NCBI GenBank assembly: GCA_963716255.1
Contig: OY970303.1
Coordinates: 4,768,001-4,832,000, forward strand
Length of the DNA stretch: 64,000 nt
Reading direction: 5' to 3'
Source of the DNA: an uncultured Gemmatimonadales bacterium
GTDB taxonomy: Bacteria > Gemmatimonadota > Gemmatimonadetes > Longimicrobiales > Longimicrobiaceae
Of the stretch, positions 27,732 through 38,037 are shown in pieces. Made by a program: the position numbers and the translations under genes. The notes under the pieces were generated by a model. That model was not told the origin of the DNA and ran no database searches. It was given only the letters and a program-made list of their open reading frames with translations. Every line of letters begins with the position of its first letter. Position 1 is the stretch's first letter.

Positions 27732-29564
27732 ATGTCGTCCGATTTCGTCAAACCCCGCTGGCTCCGTGACCTACGTCGCTTTCTCCCGCTGAAGAGCCAG
27801 TTCGTCCTTTCCGGTAACGTAAAGGACCTGCAGACGCAGGAAGTCGCCCCCGGGCGGGTGATGACGGCGCCTCTTTTGAGCGTTCTCACGGCGGAACTTC
27901 TCGAAGCGGGATTCGCACGTGTCGTCGTGTACGACCCCATCGGCGGCTTTCGAGTCGAAGCCCCGCCGGGTGGTGATGTCGACGTGGATGCAATTCTGCG
28001 CGGGTACGGCCTGACACCCTCGAACGGGACCGCTCCCGCAGGACTCGACTTGCTCGCCTCGGCATTTTCCCGGATCGTCTCCGGCGACGGGCCGCCCACC
28101 GCACTGGTCGTGGACTTCGCGTCGAGGCTCGTCGCGCGCAGCGACGCGCTGTCCCCCACCGAGCAGCAGTTCTTCACTCGCGCGCTCGTCCTGAGCCAGA
28201 CAGCGCAGGCTCGCCCCGTCGGCGTTGACCGCGCGCCGCTCTACAACACCGTTCTCTGGATGGTGGACAAGGAAGGCGACCTGCCGGACTGGCTGGTGAT
28301 CGACAATCCCCGCCTGCGGCACGTCCCCGTCTCGCGCCCCGACTCGGCCGCACGCCGGGTGGTCGCCCGCTCGCTCCTGCGCATCCTTCCCGGGGGACGC
28401 GAGGCGACTCCGGAGGTACTGAGCGCGGCCGAGGACGACCTGGTGGACGGGACCGAGGGTCTGCTTCTCCTGGACCTGCAGGCTATCGCGGAGCTGGGGC
28501 GCGTGGAGCGCGTGCCAGTGACGGCGATGGCCGACGCCGTCCGGCGCTACAAGGTGGGCGTGACGGACGACCCGTGGCGAAAGCTGGACCGCGCGCGCAT
28601 CGCTGGCGGCTCGGACCTGGTGCGGCAGCGGGTCATCGGCCAGGACCACGCGGTGACGCACCTGCTGGACCTGGTCAAGCGCGCTGCGACGGGGATCAGC
28701 GGCGGCCGGCGCGGGGGGCGCCCACGCGGCGTCGCCTTCCTCGCCGGGCCAACGGGCGTGGGAAAGACGGAGCTGGCCAAGGCCGTCACCCAGATGCTGT
28801 TCGGCGACGAGAGCGCGTACATCCGCTTCGACATGTCGGAGTTCAGCGCAGAGCACGCCGACCAGCGGCTGATCGGCGCCCCGCCGGGATACGTGGGTTA
28901 CGACGTGGGGGGCGAGCTCACCAACGCCATCCGCGAGCGTCCCTTCAGCGTGGTCCTCTTCGACGAGATCGAGAAGGCGCACCCGCGCGTCCTGGACAAG
29001 TTCCTCCAGGTGCTGGACGACGGCGTCCTGACCTCCGGCCGGGGCGACCGGGTCTACTTCTCCGAGGCGCTTATCATCTTCACATCCAACCTGGGCATCT
29101 ACACGGTGGACGCCACTGGCGCGCGCGTCCCCAACGTTGCGCCCGAGGAGCCTTTCGAGGCCGTGCGGATGCGGGTGAGGCAGGAGATCGAGTCCCATTT
29201 CAAGCTGGTGCTGAACCGCCCCGAGATCCTTAACCGCATCGGCGAGAACATCATCGTCTTCGACTTCATCCGCCCGGACGTGGCGGCGCGGATCTTCGAC
29301 CATATGGTCACGTCCACGCTGGCCGGGGTCCGCGAGGCGGGATACGAGGTGGCGCTCACCCCCGAAGTCGGCGCCCGGCTGCAGGCCGTCTGCCTGGCGG
29401 ACCTGTCCAACGGCGGCCGGGGGATCCGCAACCAGCTGGAGGCGCACCTTGTCAATCCGCTTGCCCGCGCCCTCTTCGAGCACCCCGCGGGCGGGTCGCC
29501 GCTGCGCGTGGACGCCATGGAGACGGGCGCCACCACCACCTTCCGCCTGACCGCCGCGCAGTGA
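27732..29564 (+). CDS. AAA+ ATPase with a ClpB-D2-like C-terminal module and a degenerate N-terminal module
   Basis: VIGQDHAV, GPTGVGKTELAK, RFDMSEF, RLIGAPPGYVGY, VVLFDEIEKAH, IFTSNLG, RPEILNRI. Confidence 0.9.
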   Translation: MSSDFVKPRWLRDLRRFLPLKSQFVLSGNVKDLQTQEVAPGRVMTAPLLSVLTAELLEAGFARVVVYDPIGGFRVEAPPGGDVDVDAILRGYGLTPSNGTAPAGLDLLASAFSRIVSGDGPPTALVVDFASRLVARSDALSPTEQQFFTRALVLSQTAQARPVGVDRAPLYNTVLWMVDKEGDLPDWLVIDNPRLRHVPVSRPDSAARRVVARSLLRILPGGREATPEVLSAAEDDLVDGTEGLLLLDLQAIAELGRVERVPVTAMADAVRRYKVGVTDDPWRKLDRARIAGGSDLVRQRVIGQDHAVTHLLDLVKRAATGISGGRRGGRPRGVAFLAGPTGVGKTELAKAVTQMLFGDESAYIRFDMSEFSAEHADQRLIGAPPGYVGYDVGGELTNAIRERPFSVVLFDEIEKAHPRVLDKFLQVLDDGVLTSGRGDRVYFSEALIIFTSNLGIYTVDATGARVPNVAPEEPFEAVRMRVRQEIESHFKLVLNRPEILNRIGENIIVFDFIRPDVAARIFDHMVTSTLAGVREAGYEVALTPEVGARLQAVCLADLSNGGRGIRNQLEAHLVNPLARALFEHPAGGSPLRVDAMETGATTTFRLTAAQ

Positions 29565-30208
29565 CGGCGATCGCTCTCTCGCGAATCCACTTTCCCGTGA
29601 CGACGCTGGGCCCGGGGCGGCGCGTGGGCGTGTGGGTGCAGGGGTGCTCCATCCGCTGCCCCGGCTGTATCTCCGCCGACACCTGGGGACACGGGCGCGG
29701 CATGACCACCGTGGAGGCGGTCGTGCAGGCAGTGGGGCCCTGGCTGGAGGAAGCGGACGGGATCACCATCTCCGGCGGCGAGCCCTTCGACCAGCCCGAG
29801 GCGCTGCTGGCCCTCCTGCGTGCGCTCCGCGCGCGGACCCTCACCGACGTGCTGGTCTACTCCGGCCATCCCGTCGAGGCGATCGCGCCGTGGCTGACGG
29901 TGGCAGACGGGCTGATCGACGCCTTGATCTCCGACCCATACCTGGACGATGCTCCGCAGACCCTGCCGCTCCGCGGGAGCGACAACCAGCGTCTGCACCT
30001 TCTCACCGACCTGGGCCGCCGCCGCTTCACGGCCAGCGAACAGCCCTTCCGTGTCCCGGAGCGGCGGTTCGACGTGATGTTCGACGCGGACGGGCAGGTC
30101 TTTCTCGCGGGGATTCCGCCCCGCGGGGACCTGGCCCGACTCCGCGCGGCGCTCGCCGCCGCGGGGCACGCCGCATGGACCTCCCAGGCGCCCGGAGGGT
30201 CCCCGTGA
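29561..30208 (+). CDS. Radical SAM / 4Fe-4S protein (NrdG-like)
   Basis: GPGRRVGVWVQGCSIRCPGC (CxxxCxxC), GITISGGEPFDQ, LRGSDNQR; 4-bp overlaps with both neighbours. Confidence 0.88.
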   Translation: MTAIALSRIHFPVTTLGPGRRVGVWVQGCSIRCPGCISADTWGHGRGMTTVEAVVQAVGPWLEEADGITISGGEPFDQPEALLALLRALRARTLTDVLVYSGHPVEAIAPWLTVADGLIDALISDPYLDDAPQTLPLRGSDNQRLHLLTDLGRRRFTASEQPFRVPERRFDVMFDADGQVFLAGIPPRGDLARLRAALAAAGHAAWTSQAPGGSP

Positions 30209-33200
30209 CGCAGGTCCGCCTCTGCCCCCGGTGCGGCACCGAGCGCGAGCTCGACGAGATCTACTGCGACGGGATCATGGATGGAGAGGTGTGCGGATGG
30301 AACCTCACCCCCGTACAGATCCGCCCGCGGGGCACGGGCGCGCCTCCGCTCCCGCCTCCCCCTCCGGGCCTCGCCGATCCGCCGGCGCCCCCCGCGCCCC
30401 CGCAGCAGCCCAGCGGCGCGGCCGCCTGCCCCAACGGACACCCGGTGGGCGCGGGAGACCTTCTCTGCCCCACCTGTGGCGCGTTCGTGGACGAGACACC
30501 GGCCTCGGGCCCGGAGACGCCATCCATCATCTCTGGTTGGGAGCTGGGACGCCGCCTCAACACCGCGAGCCGCGTTCGCGAGCGCTTCGTGGCCGTGCAC
30601 ACGGAGAGCGGGCGGCAGGCCGTCCTCACGCTCTACGCGGAGGGGAGCGAGCCGGACCCGGCCGTCTACGACGTCCTGCGCGCCCTCCCGCGCGACCATG
30701 TCCCCGAGATCCTGGGCACCGGCCGCTGGCACGACCGGGCGTACGAGGTGGCCGAGGAGCTCACCGGCGGCACCCTGGCCGACCTGGGCGCCGCGCTGGA
30801 CGATCCCGCGACCTTGGCCCGCATCGTCTCCGAGGTGGGCCGGGCGCTGCACGCGTTCGCCGAGGTGGGGCTGCGACACCGCGACCTGCGCCCCGGCGCG
30901 CTCCTGGTGCGCGGACGGGACCCCTTGGATCTGGTGGTGACCGGCTTCGGCTCCGCACGCCTCTCCGATTTCGACCTGGACCTGGTCTCGCCCCTTGAAG
31001 TGAGCCGCTACACGGCGCCGGAGGCTGCGCTGGGCGGGGTGGCCGCCGCGTCGGACTGGTGGAGCCTGGGGATGATTCTCCTGGAGCAGGCCACCCGCGG
31101 TGCCTGCTTTGAGGGGGTGAACGAGCAGGCGTTCCTCATCCACGTCCTCACCCACGGCGCACCGATCCCCGACGACCTGGACCCGCGCCTCCGCCTTCTC
31201 CTCTGCGGCCTGCTGGCGCGCGAGCGCCGCGAGCGGTGGGGGTGGGGCGAGGTGGAGCGGTGGCTGGCCGGGGAGACGCTTCCCATTCCCCCGTCCGCAC
31301 TGGGGCAGGGACAAGCGCAGGGGGCCGGCCCGGCCATCACTCTGGGTAGGCGCGCGTACACCTCGTCCGGCGCCTTCACACTGGCCGCAGCGGACGCGAC
31401 GAACTGGGCGGAGGCGCGCGACCTCCTCCTCCGGGGCGCCCTCGCCACCTGGGCGGACGAGGCGGGCGTGGACACGCAGGCCAGGGCCGCCCTGCGACAC
31501 GTGGCTGGGCGCCATGACCTGCCGGAGGACGCGCGGCTCTCGCTCGCGCTGCGGTTCCTCAACCCCGCCATGCCGCTCACCTGGACTGGGGAGATCGTGA
31601 CTCCGGGGTGGCTCCTGGACCACCCTGACTTGGGCTATGCCCTCGTCACCGGCCCCGCACCGGACCTCCTGGACGCCGTAGGCGCGGAGCCCTGGCTGTC
31701 GCGCCTGAAGGCACGCGCCGCCACGGTGCGCGAGCGCGCCCACCACCTGGAGATCGACATGGTGGAGGAGGAGCTACAGGTGCACCTCCTCTCCACGTCT
31801 CGCGCCCGGCTGGGCGCGCTGTGGGAGGAACGCCGCGCCGTCCTGGCCGACACGGACCATCCGGGGATCCTGGCCCTCATGGACCGGCGGCAGCTCTCCG
31901 AAGAGGACCTGATCATCCTCCTGGCTGCCGACCCGGGACAGTTCCGCACGCCGGGGACGATCATCGAGGTGGCCCAGGTGGAGGCCGCCACCCGGGGGCT
32001 CGCCTTCGATGCGCCGCAGGCCGCTCAGGCGCTCCGCAAGCCACGGCGCGAGGTGTACCTGGACGTGGACCGGCGAACGGAGGGGATGGCGCGGTGCGGC
32101 ATCGAGTGGATCGACGCGCTGGTGGACCGCTTTCGCCTGGAACGCCGACTTCCCCTTTCCCGCGCGCTCCTGGTGCTCGCCGTTCCCCCGGAGCGGTGGA
32201 AGGCGCCGCCGGGGCAGGAGTACGTTTCCACGCTGCTGGATTTCTTCGCGCGGCGGGTGGTAACCGCCGTGCAGCGGGGGCCGCTGGCGCGGATGACCAT
32301 CGGCAAGACGACGCCGCGCGTGGACCTGGCGGAGCTGGGGACGGACCGCACTCCCGCAGCGGCGATCCTGGACCGGCTCCTGGAGCGGAGCGACCGGGCC
32401 GTGGAAGTGGACCCGGCCGCCTTCGAGCGCGGCGACACCCTTGAGCGCCGCAGCCGCGCCTTGGAGTCGCACGCCAACCTGTACCGCCGCGACACCGGCA
32501 TCAACGGGCTGTACCTGGGGTTCCCGTTCGTGCAGGTGCGCGACGGCCGGACCAGCGCCCGCCCGCGCATCATGCCCGTGCTGCTGTGGCCCGTTACGCT
32601 CCGGCACCAGGTCGGCGCCCGTGGACGGGTGGTCCTCTCCTTCGATACCGGGCGCAACGACGTCCGGCTGAATCCCGCGTTCGAGACCATCCTGGGGGCG
32701 GACGCCGCCCGTAAGTGGGGCGAAGCGCGGGATCAGGTGCTGAGCGGGACGCTGACGGCGAAGAGCGTGATGGAGGGCTTCGGGATGCTTGCGCCCCCAC
32801 GGGAGCGCGCGCTCGTATCCCTCCCCGGCAAGGATGCGCGGGTCAGTGGCGACTGTGAGCTGCGCTGCGCAGCCGTCCTCTTTCACCTGGCCTACACGGG
32901 CCAGGCCGTGGCCGAGGACCTGCGCGCCCTCAAGGCACGCCCGCCGCGCGACACGGCACTGGAGACCGCGCTCCGCGTCACCGCGCCGGCCCTACGCGAG
33001 TCGCTCATCCAGCCGCCGGAGCGCGACCGGTACTTCACGGCGCGCAGCGACCCCTCGCAGGAGCGAGCCGTCTTCAAAGCGCGCGGAGCGCCGGGCATCG
33101 TGGTCGAGGGTCCCCCGGGGACGGGGAAGAGCCAGACCATCGTGAACATGGTAGCCGACGCCGTCGGCCGGAAAAAGACGCTGCTGGTCGTCTGCCAGAA

Positions 33201-35478
33201 GCAGGCGGCGCTGGAGGTGGTCCACAAGCGGCTCGTGGCCGAAGGGCTTGAGCACCGCGTGGTCCTGGTCCACGACGAGGGCCGCGACCGGCAGACGGTC
33301 ATCCGCGCCGTGCGGGAGCAGGAAGAGGCCCTCCGCGTGGCGCCGTCCGGCTTTGCCGCCTGGCGGCAGCGGCGCGAGCAGGCCGCCGCGCGCATCGAGG
33401 CGCTGGAGGGGGAGCTGGACCGCCACCACGAGCTCCTCCACCGCCCGGACGAGACCACCGGCCTCAGCTATCGCGCCCTGCTGGGCGAGCTGATCCGCCT
33501 GGAGAACGGCGATCCAGCCCCGGTGGACGCGCCCCCGCTCCGCTCCCTCCTCGGCCCCCTCTCCCCCGCGGACGTCGTAGCGATGGAGGAGGCGTGCGGG
33601 CCACTCGCCCCGTACTGGCTCCCGGCCCGCTACGAGGACAGTCCGTTGTCCGTGCTCCTTCCCTTCGAGGCGGACGCGGCCACGGTGGCGGAGCTCCGCG
33701 CTGCGCTGGGGGGCTTCGTCGCCTCGGAGGCGGAGCGGATCCGGGTGCTGGAGGCGACTTCCGGCGCGCTGGAGACCGACGATCCCGCCGCTGTCGACGC
33801 GTGGCTGCGCGAGCACGCCGCGGCCTTCGGCGGCCTCGCGGATGACGAGCGTGAGCGGCTGGCGCGGTGGCTGCCCCTCCTTCCCGCCGCGTCGGAGACC
33901 GCGCGGGCGGACGCGCTCCTGGCCGAACTGGCGGAGATCGAAGGCGGGCTGGCGGCCACGCGCGCGGTGGAGGCGGCCGGCAAGGTCGGTCACGTCCTGG
34001 TGGACGTGGGAGACGCGGAGCTGAAGGAATGGACGGCCCTGGCCCGGGAGCTGGCCGTGCCGGCCGGCTTCTTCGCCCGGCTGTCCCCCGGCCGGTGGGC
34101 AAAGCGGCGGCGCCTGGCTGCTATGTTCCGCGCGCGCGACCTGACGGACAACGCAGGCAACCTTTCCGCCTTCGTCTCCGCGGCGGACGGCGAGGCCCAG
34201 CGCCGGCCCTGGCGTCGGCGCCTACGCGCGGCGTGGGCGGAGCTCGCGCCGGACGCGGTGTCCGTTGACCACTGGTCGTTCAGCCGCCAGGCGGAGCTCG
34301 CGCGTACGCTCACCGCCCAGCTCACCGCCGCGCGGGAGCTGGCGCACCGCATTCGACACGCGCCCCTCCGCGAGCAGGCCAGCGCGGCACTTGCGCGGGC
34401 CGCTGCGGAGGCGTGGGCGGACCTCGTCTCCCGCGCGGAGCGGGGTCTTGCCCGCGCCGCCGTACGCGCCGCCAGCCGGCGGGCGCTCGCGGCGCTGGAG
34501 CCCTGGCTGGGCCCCGCGTGGATGGCTGAGCGGGCAAAGGCGGTTGAGACCGGCGCCTCCTCCGGCTCCACCCTCGCGCTCCTCCTGCAGGCGCTCCCCA
34601 CGCTCCCCGCGTACCAGCGCTTCCGCCTCCGCGCCCGCGCTCTGGACCCGCGCGCGCTGCAGGCCTTCCGGGTGCTCCGTGGGGTGGAGGGCGCGCTTTC
34701 CGCCTTCTCCGGCGCGGCGCTGGAGCAAGCCATACGCGGCACGCTCGCGCGCGAGGCCCGGCTGGCATGGAAAGCGCGCCTCGAGCGGGAGAACCCCGTA
34801 CTCCTGACGGAAGCAAGCGAGCTGGAGGCCCGGGTGCGCGGCCTGGACGCGGCCGACGGCGAGATGCGGCGCGCCAACCGCGACCTCTTGATCAACGACA
34901 TTGATCGCTCTCGACTGGGGACACGCGCCCAGTGGGAGGAGATCACTCGGCTGACGGGGCAGCGTTCCCGGCGCCTCCGCGAGTTCCTGGAGGTGGGCGC
35001 CCGCATCGGGCTAATGGAGCTCCGGCCCATCTGGCTCATGAACCCGGATGTGGCCAGCCGCGTGCTCCCCCTCGCGGCAGGCCTGTTCGACACGGTGATC
35101 TACGACGAGGCGTCGCAGATGCCCGTCGAATTCGCCCTTCCCACCCTGTACCGCGCCCGGACCATGGTGGTGAGCGGCGACGAGAAGGGATGGAGTCCAG
35201 CGACGGTGGCGGACTCAGGCGCGTTCGGGATGGACCTGGCCATCGTGGACCCACGCACAGGGCTGTACGGGATCGGGATCGAGTGCGACGCGCCGCGGCA
35301 CGCGCTCCTCGCCCACGCCCGCGCGCGGGAGATCTGGCGTCCAGACGTGCTCCGCCGCTCCCTCCGCCGGGTTCACCGGGTGTCGTCGCGCGGCTGGTAC
35401 CACGAGCCGGCCCGCGAGCGGGAACGGCTGCGCGCTGCCGTGCGCGCGGCATTGAGCGAAAGGATCAGAGCAGAATGA
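30205..35478 (+). CDS. Zn-ribbon - kinase-like - DUF4011-like - SF1 helicase (N-terminal half) - restriction-endonuclease-like fusion
   Basis: GTG start 30205 (VTQVRLCPRC). CPNGH..CPTC ribbon; HRDLRP, YTAPE, DWWSLG; RDTGINGLYLGFPF..PVLLWPVTL (DUF4011-like); GPPGTGKSQT, VIYDEASQ, VVSGDEK; C-terminal DLAI..IGIECD..RVSSRGW. Confidence 0.82.
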   Translation: MTQVRLCPRCGTERELDEIYCDGIMDGEVCGWNLTPVQIRPRGTGAPPLPPPPPGLADPPAPPAPPQQPSGAAACPNGHPVGAGDLLCPTCGAFVDETPASGPETPSIISGWELGRRLNTASRVRERFVAVHTESGRQAVLTLYAEGSEPDPAVYDVLRALPRDHVPEILGTGRWHDRAYEVAEELTGGTLADLGAALDDPATLARIVSEVGRALHAFAEVGLRHRDLRPGALLVRGRDPLDLVVTGFGSARLSDFDLDLVSPLEVSRYTAPEAALGGVAAASDWWSLGMILLEQATRGACFEGVNEQAFLIHVLTHGAPIPDDLDPRLRLLLCGLLARERRERWGWGEVERWLAGETLPIPPSALGQGQAQGAGPAITLGRRAYTSSGAFTLAAADATNWAEARDLLLRGALATWADEAGVDTQARAALRHVAGRHDLPEDARLSLALRFLNPAMPLTWTGEIVTPGWLLDHPDLGYALVTGPAPDLLDAVGAEPWLSRLKARAATVRERAHHLEIDMVEEELQVHLLSTSRARLGALWEERRAVLADTDHPGILALMDRRQLSEEDLIILLAADPGQFRTPGTIIEVAQVEAATRGLAFDAPQAAQALRKPRREVYLDVDRRTEGMARCGIEWIDALVDRFRLERRLPLSRALLVLAVPPERWKAPPGQEYVSTLLDFFARRVVTAVQRGPLARMTIGKTTPRVDLAELGTDRTPAAAILDRLLERSDRAVEVDPAAFERGDTLERRSRALESHANLYRRDTGINGLYLGFPFVQVRDGRTSARPRIMPVLLWPVTLRHQVGARGRVVLSFDTGRNDVRLNPAFETILGADAARKWGEARDQVLSGTLTAKSVMEGFGMLAPPRERALVSLPGKDARVSGDCELRCAAVLFHLAYTGQAVAEDLRALKARPPRDTALETALRVTAPALRESLIQPPERDRYFTARSDPSQERAVFKARGAPGIVVEGPPGTGKSQTIVNMVADAVGRKKTLLVVCQKQAALEVVHKRLVAEGLEHRVVLVHDEGRDRQTVIRAVREQEEALRVAPSGFAAWRQRREQAAARIEALEGELDRHHELLHRPDETTGLSYRALLGELIRLENGDPAPVDAPPLRSLLGPLSPADVVAMEEACGPLAPYWLPARYEDSPLSVLLPFEADAATVAELRAALGGFVASEAERIRVLEATSGALETDDPAAVDAWLREHAAAFGGLADDERERLARWLPLLPAASETARADALLAELAEIEGGLAATRAVEAAGKVGHVLVDVGDAELKEWTALARELAVPAGFFARLSPGRWAKRRRLAAMFRARDLTDNAGNLSAFVSAADGEAQRRPWRRRLRAAWAELAPDAVSVDHWSFSRQAELARTLTAQLTAARELAHRIRHAPLREQASAALARAAAEAWADLVSRAERGLARAAVRAASRRALAALEPWLGPAWMAERAKAVETGASSGSTLALLLQALPTLPAYQRFRLRARALDPRALQAFRVLRGVEGALSAFSGAALEQAIRGTLAREARLAWKARLERENPVLLTEASELEARVRGLDAADGEMRRANRDLLINDIDRSRLGTRAQWEEITRLTGQRSRRLREFLEVGARIGLMELRPIWLMNPDVASRVLPLAAGLFDTVIYDEASQMPVEFALPTLYRARTMVVSGDEKGWSPATVADSGAFGMDLAIVDPRTGLYGIGIECDAPRHALLAHARAREIWRPDVLRRSLRRVHRVSSRGWYHEPARERERLRAAVRAALSERIRAE

Positions 35479-36827
35479 GCGGTCCAAAGGTGGTGCGGAT
35501 CGTCACGCGCGAGGAGGTGGTAGCCCTCTGCCGAGGTCTCCTGGCGCAGCTGGACGATGCAGTCGACGCGTGGGAGACGGTGGGGCGCCGCAACGGCACG
35601 GTGACCGACGAGGAGGTGCGCGCGGTACACCGGCGCCGCGACGAGATCCGGCGCATGCTCGCGGCGGACCGGCTCGTGGACCTGCAGAAGGCGGCGGCCA
35701 CGGAGGTCGACTTTCTCTGGGCGGACCAGCAGGAGAGGCTCGCCGCGGCCGCCGCCCGCGCCGCCGAAGCGGCGTCGGCATCGCGCCGGAGTGCCGCCGT
35801 CGCCCGGGAAGTGCTGGAGCGGCTGGCGGGCACAGCGGTCCCGGCCGAGCTGCACGCACGGCTGGAGGAAGTCGCAGCCGGGCGCGCGGAAGACGGCGCG
35901 GTCGTCGCCCGGGCTCTCTCGTTGCTCGCTACGAACACGGAGCAAGGCGGCGTCACAGACCGGCAACGCGAACTGGCTACCCGCCTGCGGGAGCCGGGCG
36001 GGCGGGAGTCGCTGGCGGAGTGGATGGCGGCCCAGGCGTCGCAGCCGACCGCGGCCACGGAGCGGCTCGCCGCGCGCATCGCCGGTCTCGGCGCGCTGGT
36101 TGGCGACGTGGAGGCCGAGCCGCTCCACGAGAGGCTTCGAGCTGCCGAAGCCGTGGCGGATCCCCGACGCGCGCTGCTGATGGACAGCCTGGAAGCGGAC
36201 GTCCGCGCGGCGTACGAGGCGGCGCGCCGCCGGCACGAGCTACGCACGCGCCTGCGCCGGCTGGCGGCGGAGCTCGCCGCTACTGAGGTGCTGGATTTGG
36301 CGAGGCTTGCGGATTCCCTGCGCGACCGTATGGAGGAGGATGAGGATGCGCTGCGGGCACTGGAGGCTGGGGCACGGCGCGCGCTGGACCGGCACCGGGC
36401 CGAAGCCGCGGCGCGCGCGCGGCGGGAGGCGGTGCTTACAGGATTGGCCGCGCTTGGATATCAGGTGAGCGAGGGGATGGAAACTGCCTGGGTGCAGGGC
36501 GGGCGTGTGGTTCTCCGCCATGGCACGCGCCCCGATTACGGCGTCGAGCTCGCCTCCCCAACGGATACGGAGCGGCTGCAGGTGCGGGCCGTAGCATTCC
36601 GGAGCGCCGAGGCTCCGGCGGATCTTGTGCGCGACTCCGACGCCGAAACCCTCTGGTGCGGCGACCTGCACGCCTTGGAAGCGCGGCTGGCGGCCTCAGG
36701 GGGAGGGATTCAGATTGAGCGCGCTCTCCCGGTTGGCGCAGTCCCGCTTCGCGTCGTCTCGGAGTCCACTGCCCATGCCGCAGCCGATATCATTAGGGCA
36801 CCTCTACGAGAGCGGCACCTCAAGTAG
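35475..36827 (+). CDS. Hypothetical alpha-helical/coiled-coil protein, last gene of the AAA operon (450 aa)
   Basis: ATG 35475 (MSGPKVVRIVTREE) overlaps the upstream TGA; Ala/Arg/Glu-rich helical sequence with coding-like codon usage. Confidence 0.75.
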   Translation: MSGPKVVRIVTREEVVALCRGLLAQLDDAVDAWETVGRRNGTVTDEEVRAVHRRRDEIRRMLAADRLVDLQKAAATEVDFLWADQQERLAAAAARAAEAASASRRSAAVAREVLERLAGTAVPAELHARLEEVAAGRAEDGAVVARALSLLATNTEQGGVTDRQRELATRLREPGGRESLAEWMAAQASQPTAATERLAARIAGLGALVGDVEAEPLHERLRAAEAVADPRRALLMDSLEADVRAAYEAARRRHELRTRLRRLAAELAATEVLDLARLADSLRDRMEEDEDALRALEAGARRALDRHRAEAAARARREAVLTGLAALGYQVSEGMETAWVQGGRVVLRHGTRPDYGVELASPTDTERLQVRAVAFRSAEAPADLVRDSDAETLWCGDLHALEARLAASGGGIQIERALPVGAVPLRVVSESTAHAAADIIRAPLRERHLK

Positions 36828-36976
36828 GATATGGTTGTGAACCGCGCCGGGTTTCCGGAGAGTTCGTTACTTGAGCCTGGCATTCCTATTCCGCAGCACA
36901 CCTCAACGATCTGGTGGTGTCAACGAGCGCCGAGCTCTCCGGTTGGATTCCGCTCCTCACCCCCAAGCTCCCCACT

Positions 36977-38037
36977 TAGAGCGGTTCCCAGGTGGACCAA
37001 TAGGACGCCGCAAGGGTAACGGGTGCAGTTTTAAGTCTCAGGACTGCACAGGAGTACGATGGCAGCACCTTACTCAGCAGATTTGCGTCAACGTGCTGTT
37101 TCCGCGGCACTGAAGGGAGAGATGACGCGCGCCGAGGTGGCCCGGCAATTCGAGATCGGAGAGGCCACGCTCTACATTTGGCTTCGGCGCTGGAAGGAGG
37201 ACGCCACCTTGGCGCCTCTCCCGCACGCAGGCGGACCGCAGCCGAGGCTGGATGAAGAGCGGATGAAGCAATTGGCGGACATGGTCGAGCAAGCGAATGA
37301 CCGCACCATCAAGGAGTATCGCGCCTTGGTGGAAGAACGCATGGGGGTGAGTGTGAGCCGTTCGGCACTCCACCGTGCGCTACAGAAGCTGAAGCTACCG
37401 CGGAAAAAAAACGCTGCGAGCCGCTGAACAGGACCGATCCGACGTTCAGCAGAAGCGGGCCGAGTTCCGCGAAACGATTGCCGGAGTCGACGTGCGGGCT
37501 CTGGTCTTCGTGGACGAGAGCGGCATCGACACCCACATGGTGCGCCGCTACGCCCGTGCCGCTCCCGGAGCGCGGGCGCGAGGCAGCGTGCCGTTCGGCA
37601 ACTACAAGCGGCTGACGATCCTGGGCGGGCTCGCCCTGGAGGGGCTGCTCGGCGTCATGAGCATTCCAGCGGCCACCGATACGCCGGTCTTCCTCGCTTA
37701 CCTCGATCAGGTTCTGATCCCCGACCTGGTGGAGAAGAAGCCCGGTGCGATCGTGGTCCTGGACAACCTGAAGCCGCATCTGGTGCCGAAGGTGCGCGAG
37801 AAGCTCCACGCGGCAGGCTTGCGTCTGCTCTACCTGCCGCCCTACTCGCCCGATTTCGCGCCGATCGAGCAGGCCTGGAGCAAGCTCAAGACCCTCCTGC
37901 GTACGGCGGCAGCCCGCTCGATGGAGGCGCTGGAGAGCGCACTGGCCGAACTCCTCGACCGCATCACGGCTGAGGATGCCCACGGCTGGTTCCAGCACTG
38001 CGGCTACTTGCTCTAATCTCTTTCGGGAACGGCTCTA
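36977..38037 (+). mobile_element. IS630-family insertion sequence, copy 2 (inverted relative to copy 1)
   Basis: Ends TAGAGCGGTTCCC and GGGAACGGCTCTA; same 1061-bp length and the same ORF translations as copy 1. Confidence 0.93.
37059..38016 (+). CDS. IS630 transposase (orfA 37059-37427 and orfB, joined at A8 37404-37411)
   Basis: Translations identical to copy 1; DDE motifs DESG, DNL, PIEQ. Confidence 0.9.

Noticed and set aside
27732..29564. Housekeeping clpB or T6SS clpV
   Set aside because: Only one intact AAA module, no Clp N-domain and no T6SS genes nearby.
25142..38037. Composite transposon formed by the two inverted IS630 copies around the AAA operon
   Set aside because: Each copy's own flanks rejoin into a sensible sequence (fossil transposase; HTH gene tail), indicating two independent insertions rather than arrival as one unit.
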